NCBI RefSeq assembly: GCF_032444005.1
Contig: NC_091283.1
Coordinates: 715,108,001 to 715,172,000 of the forward strand
Direction: 5' to 3'
Origin: Ranitomeya imitator
Taxonomy: Eukaryota
Length of the DNA: 64,000 bases
A model generated the notes under the pieces. It was not told the origin of the DNA. It searched no databases and saw only the letters and a list, made by a program, of their open reading frames with translations. The position numbers and the translations under genes are program-made. Positions 35,959 through 49,375 of the stretch are shown piece by piece (position 1 is the first letter of the stretch; each line of letters opens with the position of its first letter).

Positions 35959-37144
35959 TGGTGTGCCCCCAGACACAGGGCCACAGGTTCTCGGTACCGG
36001 TCCTCTCTGTCTCGGTGCTGGGGTTATCATGGTGGCTGGACCCGGTCCGTGACCCTGCTAAGGGGCGTCCAATGAAAGGGGTGATGATAGTTTGTCAAGG
36101 GTTCGTGACGCCACCTGTGGTGTTCGGTCAGGGTGACCGACGCTGCTTAGGGGTCCGCTGGGGTGATGGAATGGCAGCTAGATGGTATACCTTCCCACAG
36201 GTGAAGTGTGTCCCCAGGGCTTCCCAGTAGTATAGGTGGCCATGGTGTGAGGCGCAGTTAATAACGAGGACACAGGGTTGCAGTCTCTTTACCTTTTACT
36301 GAAGACTTCGGGATCCTCAATCCAGAGCACTGTTAACTCGGCTGTCTGAGACCGGCCGGTCCGAAGGCACATCCAGAGTTCCCTTTGCAGGTGGAAATCA
36401 GTGCCTACCACTATCGCCTGTGTGTTGTAGTTCTTCCCTGCTGAGCATTCAGGATAGTCCTCACAACTCTCATGTTCGTTCTTTCTCTCTCTCTCTCTGT
36501 CCCCCAAGTTTATCTGGATAGGATGCACCCGTTTGACGGGAAGGCTCGGAGCTATTCTGGGACCCTAGAGACGCCCCTCTCCACACTTGCCCCCTACGTC
36601 TTCTTAGGTGATGTATCGTAGACAGCCAACCTATAATCAACTGTCCTGCGGTATTTGAAGTAATGCTTGAAGTCAGTTACTCCCTCGGTGTTCCGGTCAC
36701 CGGCTATGTGCCTCAGTAGGATGTTGCCGTTCTCGGGGCACAACTCCTACTGGCTCTCCTTTGTGCTTTGATCTCGTTTCTCACTTTTCCACAATATCCT
36801 TCTCTTCCTGTCCTTCCTTGGGATACCGCCGCAAGGTAGTGCAGGCGCGATTCCGTCACTCTCTATCCTTTCTGCTAGGCCCCTGTCAGGAACCCACCCC
36901 TGACAGGTCCTCCCTGGAGCTCTCTCAGGCTGCGTACTGTTCTAACTTCCTATCCGACCCCCAGTTTTACCAGTGTGAGGAGTGGCCTAATACATAGTGC
37001 CTTTTGCTCCCCCTGGTGGCCGGAGTGTGAAGTGTGCTTGTGATACCTGGTCAGGTGAACTCCTTTAGTGCAATCAGACATAACATCACTCCCCTTAGTG
37101 GCAGAGCAACATTACTGCAACGACCAGGACTCTGGGGTGCTGCA
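35959..37144 (-). mobile_element. Solo LTR of a different LTR family (about 1.19 kb)
   Basis: TG...CA ends (TGGTGTGCCCC / GGGGTGCTGCA) and a 4-bp TSD ATAA at 35955-35958 and 37145-37148. The terminal repeat is imperfect and the strand is inferred. Confidence 0.7.
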
Positions 37145-37739
37145 ATAACATCTCTACTCTATTCATTCTCAATGGGACAGCAGGAGATGGCCAAGCACTG
37201 TGCTCTACAGCTGTTAGACATACCCAATAGGAAAGGTGCGCATGCTCGCCAACTGCTCCAATCCTCATTTTCAGGATCAGTAGGGGGCCTTGTTATTGAA
37301 CCTCATGCAATCAGGAACTTATTCCCTATCTCATGGATAGGGGATAACTTTCAATCTTTGTACAACCCCTTTGCGTCAATGCTATAACATGAAATTATAT
37401 TCTACATTGATCTTGAGTTCTCTACTGTACTTTATGTTTTTTCCTATCTTGACAAGGTGTTCCAATATTTAGGCTTGTTAGGTGGACATGACACCCAATT
37501 GCTTTTTTTCCTGTGTTTGCTTTCTCTTCTTGCACTTATAGTTTTTAGTTATACAATAGCTGCATCTTGTGCTACAATGTCCACAAAAATAATAACATAC
37601 CTACTCCTATAGGGATGCCTAATTATACTACTTTTTGTTGGTTAGATTTGTAGTCATTGTAGAGACTGGCATTCTTTCAATACTGTTTCAGCCTGCCCCA
37701 AAATAATTTTCCCACCAAACAGAAACACTACTTATTTAA

Positions 37740-38267
37740 AGGGAAACTGTCATCCCCAAAATCAAAGATGAGCTAAGCCCACCAGTATCAGGGGCTTATC
37801 TACAGCATTCTGTAATGCTGTAGATAAGCCCCCTATGTATCCTGAAAGATGAGAAAAAGAGGTTAGATTATACTCACCCGTGGGCGGTCCGATCCGATGG
37901 GCATCGTGGTCCGGTCCGGGGCCTCCCATCTTCTTACGATCACGTCCTCTTCTTGTATTCACACTGCGGCTGCGGCGCAGGCGTACTTTGTCTGCCCTGT
38001 TAAGGGTAGAGCAAAGTACTGCAGTGCACAGGCGCTGGGCCTCTCTGACCTTTCCCGGGGCCTGCGCACTGCAGTATTCCCTCAACAGGACATCATCATA
38101 AGAAGATGGGAGGCTCCGGACCAAACCGTGACGCCCATCGGACCGGACAGCAGCGGAACCGCCCCTGGGTGAGTATAATCTAACCTCTTTTTCTCATCTT
38201 TCAGGTTACATCGGGGGCATGCCGGTGGGCTTAGCTCATCTTCGATTTTGGGGGTGACAGGTTCCCT
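37740..38267. mobile_element. Kolobok/T2-family palindromic MITE
   Basis: TTAA|AGGGAAACTGTCA ... TGACAGGTTCCCT|TTAA, with arms inverted along most of the length. Confidence 0.9.
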
Positions 38268-39730
38268 TTAATAATAGCATACCTCTCAACTGTCCTGGAT
38301 CCAGTGGGACAGTCCTGAATTTGGTGAGCTGTCCCACTGTCATGGGACATAGGGATTATTTTCCAGCTTCAACTTCACCTGTTTCCTCAGATCACAGACA
38401 CAATGAAATACAATGGTGGAGAAGGGAAACAGATAGATCCTGGCATAACTATTCTGTCTATGTAAAGTTTAAAAGTCCTGCACTGACCTGCCAGCCATGT
38501 AACCTGAAAATGTTACACAACCTGGATGTCTAGGTAGATTTTCAGGCATTACCTAGGCTGGCAGCATATGAGGCCAGTAACACAGGAGCAAGGTTGTGTT
38601 AGATAGCCATTGTTATGCTTGTGTGGTGGTAGGACTTAGGCTATCACACTGTTTGTGGTGAAATGTACTGTGCAGGCATCATACTTGGTAAGGGAGACTG
38701 TGGTGGAATTATACTTTTGAGCGGAGAATTTATTGGACTGCAGGGACATCATACTCTGTGATAAGCAGAGAACCATACTTTGCATTAGGGAACGTACATT
38801 GTGGCATCATACTGTGTGGGGGGGAATGTAGTTTCTAGAGAGCGTGAAACTGTGTGGGGAAATAGGAGTGAGGAACAGACCGTGACAACATCATAATCTG
38901 TGTGGGGTGATGTTGGGTCATCATACGGTGAGTGTGGGAATGTACTGCTGAGAGACATAATACTGTGTAAGGAGGAATGTAATGTGAGGTAATCATTCTG
39001 TCTGTGGGTGAATGTAGTTTGTCAGCATCAGACTATGCATGTAAGGGAGCCTGTGAAGACATTGTACTGTGTGTTGAGGGGTACCGGAGAGAAACAATGA
39101 AAACAGTATTGCACTGTGTGAGAATATAATTTGTTAGAGAGGAGCAAATCAATGTGCTGCAAATTAAAATCAAATCAAATGTCCTGAAATTCTCCAGTTT
39201 TAGAATATTCAGAACAATATTCAGAATAATTTGCAATTTGATTAATGAGATTCGCAAAAAAAAAGTCAGCTCATCTATACTCCTATTTCCAACACTGGCT
39301 GCTCTTGTCAGGCACTGCTCTACAGCAGAGCTGGCGGCACTATGCAAGGAGAGCTGCAGCTGTAGATGTGTTTGTAATAAGACAGAGTTCATCTCTGCTG
39401 TACTGTGGTAGTTCGAATCATTACACTCAACCCTACAATGAGATCAGGAGAGGAGACCATCAGTCATTACAAGTATTACACTGGTAATGCCCCTTTTAAT
39501 TTAAAATAAGCTCTGGATGCAGATTCTCAGGAAGATTTACATCCGGGCAATGGATCTTAACACCTCATTTACATTTTAAGGAAAAAGGTGTGCTTCTCTG
39601 GAATAAGACATCGAATCATAGAAATTAGGATATCATTTTATTCTACTTCCTATAACGATTAATAGCACATTTTTCTTTTGTCACCCACGACAAACAAAGA
39701 GGGCAGTTTAAATATACAACTTATAATATA

Positions 39731-41352
39731 CAGTACAGACCAAAAGTTTGGACACACCTTCTCATTTAAAGATTTTTCTGTATTTTCATGACTATGAAAA
39801 TTGTAAATTCACACTGAAGGCATCAAAACTATGAATTAACACATGTGGAATTATATACTTAACAAAAAAGTGTGAAACAACTGAAAATATGTCTTATTTT
39901 CTAGGTTCTCCAAAGTAGCCACCTTTTGCTTTGATGACTGCTTTGCACACTCTTGGCATTCTCTTGATGAGCTTCAAGTGGTAGTCACCGGAAATGGTCT
40001 TCCAACAGTCTTGAAGGAGTTCCCAGAGATGCTTAGCACTTGTTGGCCCTTTTGCCTGCGGTCCAGCTCACCCCAAACCATCTAGATTGGGTTCAGGTCT
40101 GGTGACTGTGGAGGCCAGGTCATCTGGCGTAGCACCCCATCACTCTCCTTCTTGGTCAAATAGCCCTTACACAGCCTGGAGTTTTGTTTGGGGTCATTGT
40201 CCTGTTGAAAAATAAATGATGGTCCAACTAAATGCAAACCGGATGGAATAGCATGCCGCTGCAAGGTACTGTGGTAGTCATGCTGGTTCAATATGCCTTC
40301 AATTTTGAATAAATCCCCAACAGTGTCACCAGCAAAGCACCCCCACACCATCACACCTCCTTCTCCATGCTTCACGGTGGGAACCAAGCATGTAGAGTGC
40401 ATCCATTCACCTTTTCTGCGTCGCAAAGTCACAAAGACACGGTGGTTGGAACCAAAGATGCCAAATTTGGACTTATCAGACCAAACCACAGATTTCCACT
40501 GGTCTAATGTCCATTACTTGTGTTCTTTAGCCCAAACAAGTCTCTTCTGCTTGTTGCCTGTCCTTAGCAGTGGTTTCCTAGCAGCTATTTTACCATGAAG
40601 GCCTGCTGCACAAAGTCTTCTATTAACAGTTGTTGTAGAGATGTGCCTGCTGCTAGAACTCTGCGTGGCATTGACCTGGTCTCTAATCTGAGCTGCTGTT
40701 AACCTGCGATTTCTGAGGCTGGTGACTTAGATAAACTTATCCTCAGAAGCAGAGGTGACTCCTTTCCTGGGGCGGTCCTCATGTGAGCCAGTTTCTTTGT
40801 AGCGCTTGATGGTTTTTGCCACTGCACTTGGGGACACTTTCAAAGTTTTCTCAAATTTTCTGACTGACTGACCTTCATTTCTTAAATTAATGATGGCCAT
40901 TCAGTTTTCTTTACTTAGCTGCTTTTTTCTTGCCATAATACAAATTCTAACAGTCTACTCAGTAGGACTATCAGCTGTGTATCCACCAGACTTCTGCTCA
41001 ACACAACTGATGGTCCCAACCCCATCTATAAGGCATGAAATCCCACTTATTAAACCTGACAGGGCACACCTGTGAAGTGAAAACCATTTCCGGTGACTAC
41101 CTCTTGAAGCTCATGAAGAGAATGCCAAGAGTGTGCAAAGCAGTCATCAAAGCAAAAGGTGGCTACTTTGAAGAACCTAGGATAGACATATTTTCAGTTG
41201 TTTCACACTTTTTTGTTAAGTACCGTATATAAATCCACATGTGTTAATTCATAGTTTTGATGTCTTCAGTGTGAATTTACAATTTTCACAGTCATGAAAT
41301 TACTGGAAAATCTTTAAATGAGAAGGTGTGTCCAAACTTTTGGTCTGTACTG
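39731..41352 (-). mobile_element. Full-length but decayed Tc1-like transposon (1622 bp)
   Basis: TA|CAGTACAGACCAAAAGTTTGGACACACC at both ends, with long TIRs. Transposase fragment WSDKSKF...QQDNDPKQ...SPDLNPI* is disrupted. Confidence 0.92.
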
Positions 41353-42700
41353 TATATAATATCAAACAAGGCTTTCAACTTTTTTTTGTCCAGCCTGAAA
41401 AGTGTTTGTGGTACAACAATATTACTGTTTATTCATGGAAATTTATTTCCATGGGTGAACCTACCAAGTTCCAACTAATGTAACATTCTTTTACAGCTTT
41501 TTGATGGGGTGGTGGTAAGATGATAGTTTTTGGTTTCTTTTATTTTAATTTAAAAACATTATACAAACATTTTACTTGTTTTATATGTGCTTTACTATGC
41601 CAGTCTGGCAGTTATACACTCCTCAACTATAGTTTTTTGGGCAGGCGGAAATCTGCTTTAACCAAAAATCTGAAAATAAATTATTACACTAAATTTTAAA
41701 ATCATTTAATGGTGCAGGTCTGTTTGGAAATGCCTGTTTAAGTTGTCATATTGAAGGAACATACACATCACACCTAATTAAAAGACAGTAGCTTCTTTGG
41801 TCATCAAGTGTAACATGCCTAAAATTTTTGGTTGATTTCATATTTTTCAAAGATTGGACAAGTGTGGTACATTTTGTTGATCCAAAATATAGACTTGTGA
41901 TAATTGTCAAAATGTACTATACATTACATGAAAAAGTGATACCAAGATGTGGTAGAGTGAGAAAAAATATCTTCATGCCATGTTAAAAATGTGGGAGCCC
42001 CTAGCACGGCCCCTAACACGACCTTCACTGCTAGCAGCACTGTTATGTTTGCTAATGACAGGTGTTATGAAGGCAATCCAGAAACACAGTGTGCTTAGCG
42101 ATCAGAGCGCACACAGTGATCTGACAAATACCCAAAAATACAAGAACGAGCTCTGAGACGTGGAAACTCTGTAGACTGCACACCTGATCCTATCCTAAAC
42201 ACAACTAAAAGCGGCTGTGGATTGCACCTAACAACTACCTAGGCAACTCGGCACAGCCTAAGAAACTAGCTAGCCTGAAGATAGAAAAATAGGCCTGACT
42301 TGCCCCAGAGAAATTCCCCAAAGGAAAAGGCAGCCCCCCACATATAATGACTGTGAGTAAGATGAAAAGACAAAACGTAGGGATGAAATAGATTCAGCAA
42401 AGTGGGGCCCGATATTCTAGGACAGAGCGAGGACAGTAAAGCGAACTTTGCAGTCTACAAAAAACCCTAAAGCAAAACCACGCAAAGGGGGCAAAAAAAA
42501 ACCCACCGTGCCGAACTAACGGCACTGCGGTACACCCTTTGCGTCTCAGAGCTTCCAGCAAAACAAAAGACAAGCTGGACAGAAAAAAAGCAACAAAAAA
42601 GCAAAAAGCACTTAGCTATACAGAGCAGCAGGTCACAGGAACAATCAGAAGAAGCTCAGATCCAACACTGAAACATTGACAAGGAGCAAGGATAGCAGCA

Positions 42701-45700
42701 TCAGGCGGAGTTAAGTAATGAAGCAGTTAACGAGCTCACCAGAACACCTGAGGGAGGAAGCTCAGAAGCTGCAGTACCACTTGTGACCACAGGAGTGAAT
42801 TCAGCCACAGAATTCACAACAGTACCCCCCCATTGAGGAGGGGTCACCGAACCCTCACCAGAGCCCCCAGGCCGACCAGGATGAGCCGCATGAAAGGCAC
42901 GAACAAGATCGGAAGCATGAACATCAGAGGCAAAAACCCAGGAATTATCTTCCTGAGCATAACCCTTCCATTTAACCAGATACTGGAGTTTCCGTCTAGA
43001 AACACGAGAATCCAAAATCTTCTCCACAATATACTCCAATTCCCCCTCCACCAAAACCGGGGCAGGAGGCTCAACAGATGGAACCATAGGTGCCACGTAT
43101 CTCCGCAACAACGACCTATGGAATACATTATGTATGGAAAAGGAGTCTGGGAGGGTCAAACGAAAAGACACAGGATTGAGAACCTCAGAAATCCTATACG
43201 GACCAATAAAACGAGGTTTAAATTTAGGAGAGGAAACCTTCATAGGAATATGACGAGAAGATAACCAAACCAGATTCCCAACACGAAGTCGGGGACCCAC
43301 ACGGCGTCTGCGATTAGCGAAAAGTTGAGCTTTCTCCTGATCAAATTGTCCACTACCTGAGTCCAGATCTGCTGCAACCTATCCACCACAGAATCCACAC
43401 CAGGACAGTCCGAAGACTCAACCTGTCCTGAAGAGAAACGAGGATGGAACCCAGAATTGCAAAAAAAATGGAGAAACCAAGGTAGCCGAGCTGGCCCGAT
43501 TATTAAGGGCGAACTCAGCCAACGGCAAAAAGGACACCCAATCATCCTGGTCTGCAGAAACAAAACATCTCAGATATGTTTCCAAGGTCTGATTGGTTCG
43601 TTCGGTCTGGCCATTAGTCTGAGGATGGAAAGCCGAGGAAAAGGATAGGTCAATGCCCATCCTACCACAAAAGGCTCGCCAAAACCTTGAAACAAACTGG
43701 GAACCTCTGTCAGAAACAATATTCTCAGGAATGCCATGCAACCGAACCACATGCTGAAAGAACAAAGGTACCAAATCAGAGGAGGAAGGCAATTTAGCCA
43801 AGGGCACCAGATGGACCATTTTAGAAAAGCGATCACAGACCACCCAAATGACTGACATCTTTTGAGAAACGGGAAGGTCAGAAATGAAATCCATCGAAAT
43901 ATGTGTCCAAGGCCTCTTTGGGACCGGCAAGGGCAAAAGCAACCCACTGGCACGAGAACAGCAGGGCTTAGCCCTAGCACAAATCCCACAGGACTGCACA
44001 AAAGTACGTACATCCCGTGACAGAGATGGCCACCAGAAGGATCTAGCCGCTAACTCTCTGGTACCAAAGATTCCAGGATGACCAGCCAACACCGAACAAT
44101 GAAGTTCAGAGATAAGTTTATTAGTCCACCTATCAGGGACGAACAGTTTCTCTGCTGGACAACGATCAGGTTTATTCGCCTGAAATTTTTGCAGCACCCG
44201 CCGCAAATCAGGGGAGATGGCAGACACAATGACTCCTTCCTTGAGGATACCCGCTGGCTCAGATAAACCCGGAGAGTCGGGCACAAAACTCCTAGACAGA
44301 GCATCCGCCTTCACATTTTTAGAGCCCGGAAGGTACGAAATCACAAAGTTGAAGCGGGCAAAAAATAACGACCAACGGGCCTGTCTAGGATTCAAGCGCT
44401 TGGCAGACTCGAGATAAGTCAAGTTCTTATGATCAGTCAATACCACCACGCGATGCTTAGCTCCTTCAAGCCAATGACGCCACTCCTCGAATGCCCACTT
44501 CATGGCCAGCAACTCTCGATTGCCCACATCATAATTACGCTCAGCGGGCGAAAACTTCCTGGAAAAGAAAGCACATGGTTTCATCACTGAGCAATCAGAA
44601 CCTCTCTGTGACAAAACCGCCCCTGCTCCAATCTCAGAAGCATCAACCTCGACCTGGAACGGAAGAGAAACATCTGGCTGACACAACACAGGGGCAGAAC
44701 AAAAACGACGCTTCAACTCCTAAAAAGCTTCCACAGCAGCAGAAGACCATTTAACCAAATCAGCACCCTTCTTGGTCAAATCGGTCAATGGTTTGGCAAT
44801 GCTAGAAAAATTACAGATGAAGCAACGATAAAAATTAGCAAAGCCCAGGAACTTTTGCAGACTTTTCAGAGATGTCGGCTGAATCCAATCCTGGATGGCT
44901 TGGACCTTAACTGGATCCATCTCGATAGTAGAAGGGGTAAAGATGAACCCCAAAAATGAAACTTTCTGCACACCGAAGAGACACTTTGATCCCTTCACAA
45001 ACAAAGAGTTAGCACGCAGGACCTGAAAAACCATTCTGACCTGCTTCACATGAGACTCCCAATCATCTGAGAAGATCAAAATGTCATCCAAGTAAACAAT
45101 CAGGAATTTATCCAGATACTCACGGAAGATGTCATGCATAAAAGACTGAAACACAGATGGAGCATTGGCAAGTCCGAACGGCATCACTAGATACTCAAAA
45201 TGACCCTCGGGCGTATTGAATGCAGTTTTCCATTCATCTCCTTGCCTGATTCTCACCAGATTATACGCACCATGAAGATCTATCTTAGTGAACCAACTAG
45301 CCCCCTTAATCTGAGCAAACAAGTCAGATAACAATGGCAAGGGATACTGAAATTTAACAGTGATCTTATTAAGAAGGCGGTAATCAATACACGGTCTCAG
45401 CGAACCATCCTTCTTGGCTACAAAGAAGAACCCTGCTCCCAGTGGTGATGACGATGGGCGAATATGTCCCTTCTCCAGGGATTCCTTCACATAACTGCGC
45501 ATAGCGGCGTGTTCGGGCACGGATAAATTAAATAATCGACCTTTAGGGAATTTACTACCAGGAATCAAATTGATAGCACAATCACAATCCCTATGCGGAG
45601 GTAGAGCATCGGACTTGGGCTCTTCAAATACATCCTGATAATCAGACAAGAACTCTGGGACCTCAGAAGGGGTGGATGACGAAATCGACAAAAATGGAAC

Positions 45701-46900
45701 ATCACCATGTACCCCCTGACAACCCCAGCTGGATACCGACATGGAATTCCAATCCAATACTGGATTATGGGTTTGTAGCCATGGCAACCCCAACACGACC
45801 ACATCATGCAGATTATGCAACACCAGAAAGCGAATAACTTCCTGATGTGCAGGAGCCATGCACATGGTCAGCTGGGCCCAGTATTGAGGTTTATTCTTGG
45901 CCAAAGGTGTAGCATCAATTCCTCTCAATGGAATAGGACACCGCAAAGGCTCCAAGAAAAACCCACAACGTTTAGCATAATCCAAATCCGTCAGATTCAG
46001 GGCAGCGCCCGAATCCACAAACGCCATGACAGAAAACGACGACAAAGATCATATCAAGGTAATGGACAGAAGGAATTTGGACTGTACAGTACCAATGACG
46101 GCAGACCTAGCGGACCGCTTAGTGCGCTTAGGACAATCAGAAATAGCATGAGTGGAATCACCACAGTAGAAACACAGACCATTCAGACGTCTGTATTCCT
46201 GCCGTTCAACTCTAGTCATAGTCCTATCGCACTGCATAGGCTCAGGTTTAACCTCAGGCAGTACCGCCAAATGGTGCACAGATTTACGCTCGCGCAAGCG
46301 TCGACCGATCTGAATGGCCAAAGACAAAGACTCATTCAAACCAGCAGGCATAGGAAATCCCACCATGACATCCTTAAGAGCCTCAGAGAGACCGTTTCTG
46401 AACAAAGCTGCCAGCGCAGATTCATTCCACTGAGTGAGTACTGACCATTTCCTAAATTTCTGACAATATACTTCTATATCATCCTGACCCTGGCACAAAG
46501 CCAGCAAATTTTTCTCAGCCTGATCCACTGAATTAGGCTCATCGTACAGCAATCCGAGCGCCAGGAAAAACACATCGACACTACTCAATGCAGGGTCTCC
46601 TGGCGCAAGAGAAAATGCCCAGTCTTGAGGGTCGCTGCGCAAAAAAGAAATAATAATCAAAACCTGTTGAATAGGATTACCAGAAGAATGAGGTTTCAAG
46701 GCCAGAAATAACTTACAATTATTTTTGAAACTTAGAAACTTAGTTCTATCTCCAAAAAACAAATCAGGAATAGGAATTCTTGGTTCTAACATAGATTTCT
46801 GATCAATAGTATCTTGAATTTTTTGTACATTTATAACGAGATTATCCATTGAAGAGCACAGACCCTGAATATCCATGTCCACACCTGTGTCCAGAATCAC
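42701..46900 (-). pseudogene. gag-pol polyprotein with two in-frame stops and two frameshifts
   Basis: Gag CCHC (CFYCGDSTHAISDC), PR FVDSGAA, RT YLDD, RH VEVDASE, IN HHCC and catalytic core, chromodomain YLVKWKGY. TGA at 46049-46051, TAG at 44720-44722, an extra base in A8 at 43461-43468, and a small deletion at about 43340. Confidence 0.92.
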
Positions 46901-46999
46901 CCAAATGTCTAGGGGGGAAAAAAAAAAGTGAACACAGAGCAGAAAAAAAAAAATGATGTCAGAACTTTTTCTTTCCCTCTATTGAGAATCATTAGTTAG

Positions 47000-47008
47000 G
47001 CTCCTTGT
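47000..47008 (-). promoter_or_regulatory. Putative self-priming primer-binding site (PBS) of the provirus
   Basis: ACAAGGAGC lies 2 nt after the 5' LTR and is complementary to GCTCCTTGT in the LTR (47649-47657). No tRNA-type TGG PBS is present. Confidence 0.7.
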
Positions 47009-49375
47009 ACTGTTATGTTTGCTAATGACAGGTGTTATGAAGGCAATCCAGAAACACAGTGTGCTTAGCGATCAGAGCGCACACAGTGATCTGACAAATA
47101 CCCAAAAATACAAGAACGAGCTCTGAGACGTGGAAACTCTGTAGACTGCACACCTGATCCTATCCTAAACACAACTAAAAGCGGCTGTGGATTGCGCCTA
47201 ACAACTACCTAGGCAACTCGGCACAGCCTAAGAAACTAGCTAGCCTGAAGATAGAAAAATAGGCCTGACTTGCCCCAGAGAAATTCCCCAAAGGAAAAGG
47301 CAGCCCCCCACATATAATGACTGTGAGTAAGATGAAAAGACAAAACGTAGGGATGAAATAGATTCAGCAAAGTGGGGCCCGATATTCTAGGACAGAGCGA
47401 GGACAGTAAAGCGAACTTTGCAGTCTACAAAAAACCCTAAAGCAAAACCACGCAAAGGGGGCAAAAAAAAAACCACCGTGCCGAACTAACGGCACGGCGG
47501 TACACCCTTTGCGTCTCAGAGCTTCCAGCAAAACAAAAGACAAGCTGGACAGAAAAAAAGCAACAAAAAAGCAAAAAGCACTTAGCTATACAGAGCAACA
47601 GGTCACAGGAACAATCAGGAGAAGCTCAGATCCAACACTGAAACATTGACAAGGAGCAAGGATAGCAGCATCAGGCGGAGTTAAGTAATGAAGCAGTTAA
47701 CGAGCTCACCAGAACACCTGAGGGAGGAAGCTCAGAAGCTGCAGTACCACTTGTGACCACAGGAGTGAATTCAGCCACAGAATTCACAACACAGCACCAT
47801 CACTAGTAGAACCAAATGCAGGTCACACTTGGCAGGAGTATTAATGGGGAGAATGCAGAGAGCATGATGAAATATACATCATGTGATTAAATGCCCATTC
47901 TTCCACACACTCTTCCAAATTTGAAGGTTCTGTGGGCTCCTTCTACTAACTCTGATCTTTATTTTCTTCCATACATTTTCGGATTCGGGTCAGGTGATTG
48001 GCTGGGTCATTCTAACAGTTTTATTTTCTTTTTCTGAATCCAATTGAGATTCCTTGGCTTTGTGATTGGGATCATAGTCTTGCTAAAATGTCTACCCTTG
48101 TTTTATCTTCATCATCCTGCCTTGATACAGGTCAAATTTTGACACTTTATTAACTTTCCAGAAATCATTACAAAACCGTAATGATCTGTCCAACTTTGGA
48201 ATTAGTACAATGGATTAGCCGACTCACTCCTCAACTCCTCAATGACTCTTAGCTAGAGGATTTTGTCACCTCCTTCATGACAGCTTGTCTCCGGGCCTTC
48301 GTCACATGGTATGGTTTCATTTGTAACCTTACCGGAGGCTCGGTGACTATGTTATGTCAGATCACAGATATACAACCGGGCAGTTTCAAGAATTCGTCTG
48401 TATTCCGCTGCACTAAATTCCAACCCTCCCATCTCTGCTGTTTCTAGAGAGTGTTGCTTATCCTCACCTCATTTTCAATCTTTCCCGGGCTGGTTCCAGA
48501 GGGTCCAAAGAAGATACAACCGGAGTCGTATGCTACCATCTTCTGTATTATCCAGCATCTTTCCACTCATCTACTCCGTGACATCACCACTCTTCAGACT
48601 CTTCAAGTCACTCTATTCTCTATGTGTGAGCCAGAAGTCTCTTTTACAATGTAAGTCTATGGAGCTGTGTTCTGACGCCCCATAGGCTTTTTTTGGAAAG
48701 CCACTTTTGGGTCGCACAGAGCACTGTGTGACCTGAACATTCTGAAGAGTGGAGTGGCGCTGTATCCCGAAGAAGGTGATAGAAGATGAGTATATTAACG
48801 CACACAATAGTACCTACACAAATGCAAAGTCTTAGGGAAAATGGGGCTTCTTTATTGTGTTTTCCACTTCTTGTTTCACACCATAATAGTGTACTATGCG
48901 GTAGAAGAAACTACCTAGTGCTCCAAGAGTAGTAGTCTTCCCTATGTGCTCCTTCACAGTGTTGAAGCGCGCACTGTGTGCATCCTGCAGAGCAATGTTG
49001 CACACTGTGGATGCAGGATGCAGTTAAAAGTGGTGGTCACTCAGAAACTGGTTGCTTCCCGAATACTTAGTTCTAGTGATGCAACTGTTTTTGGGCTTAT
49101 TTTACAGTGGCTCTTCTAGAGAAATGTGATCTACGTTCATATTAGGCATTATACCCATAGTATTAATTACATTTTATTAAGTCTTTTCTGATGTCCCAAT
49201 AGGTTTCTTTTCTTACCATGCAAAAATGTTAACAAGCAGAAAGGAAGTTTAAAAATTATTGTTACTGTAAGTGAAGCAGTGAGTATATAGAGTTATTTTC
49301 ATCAGCAGTGTCCTAAGCATATATAACACTCTAAAAAAAGATAATTTATGACACTCATAACACCTTTATTTTCAG

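Larger units (their letters stand above)
42041..47791 (-). mobile_element. Gypsy/Metaviridae LTR retrotransposon (chromovirus, Tf1/sushi type), complete provirus
   Basis: Two 781-bp LTRs (42041-42821 and 47011-47791) with 5 differences by manual comparison. 6-bp TSD CAGCAC. Polypurine tract (PPT) GGGGGGGTAC next to the 3' LTR. Domain order gag-PR-RT-RH-IN-chromodomain. Confidence 0.97.

Noticed and set aside
36289-37387. Short ORFs in and beside the 35959-37144 LTR, and 26009-26332 in the other solo LTR
   Set aside because: No recognisable domains, and they lie within or adjacent to LTR sequence.
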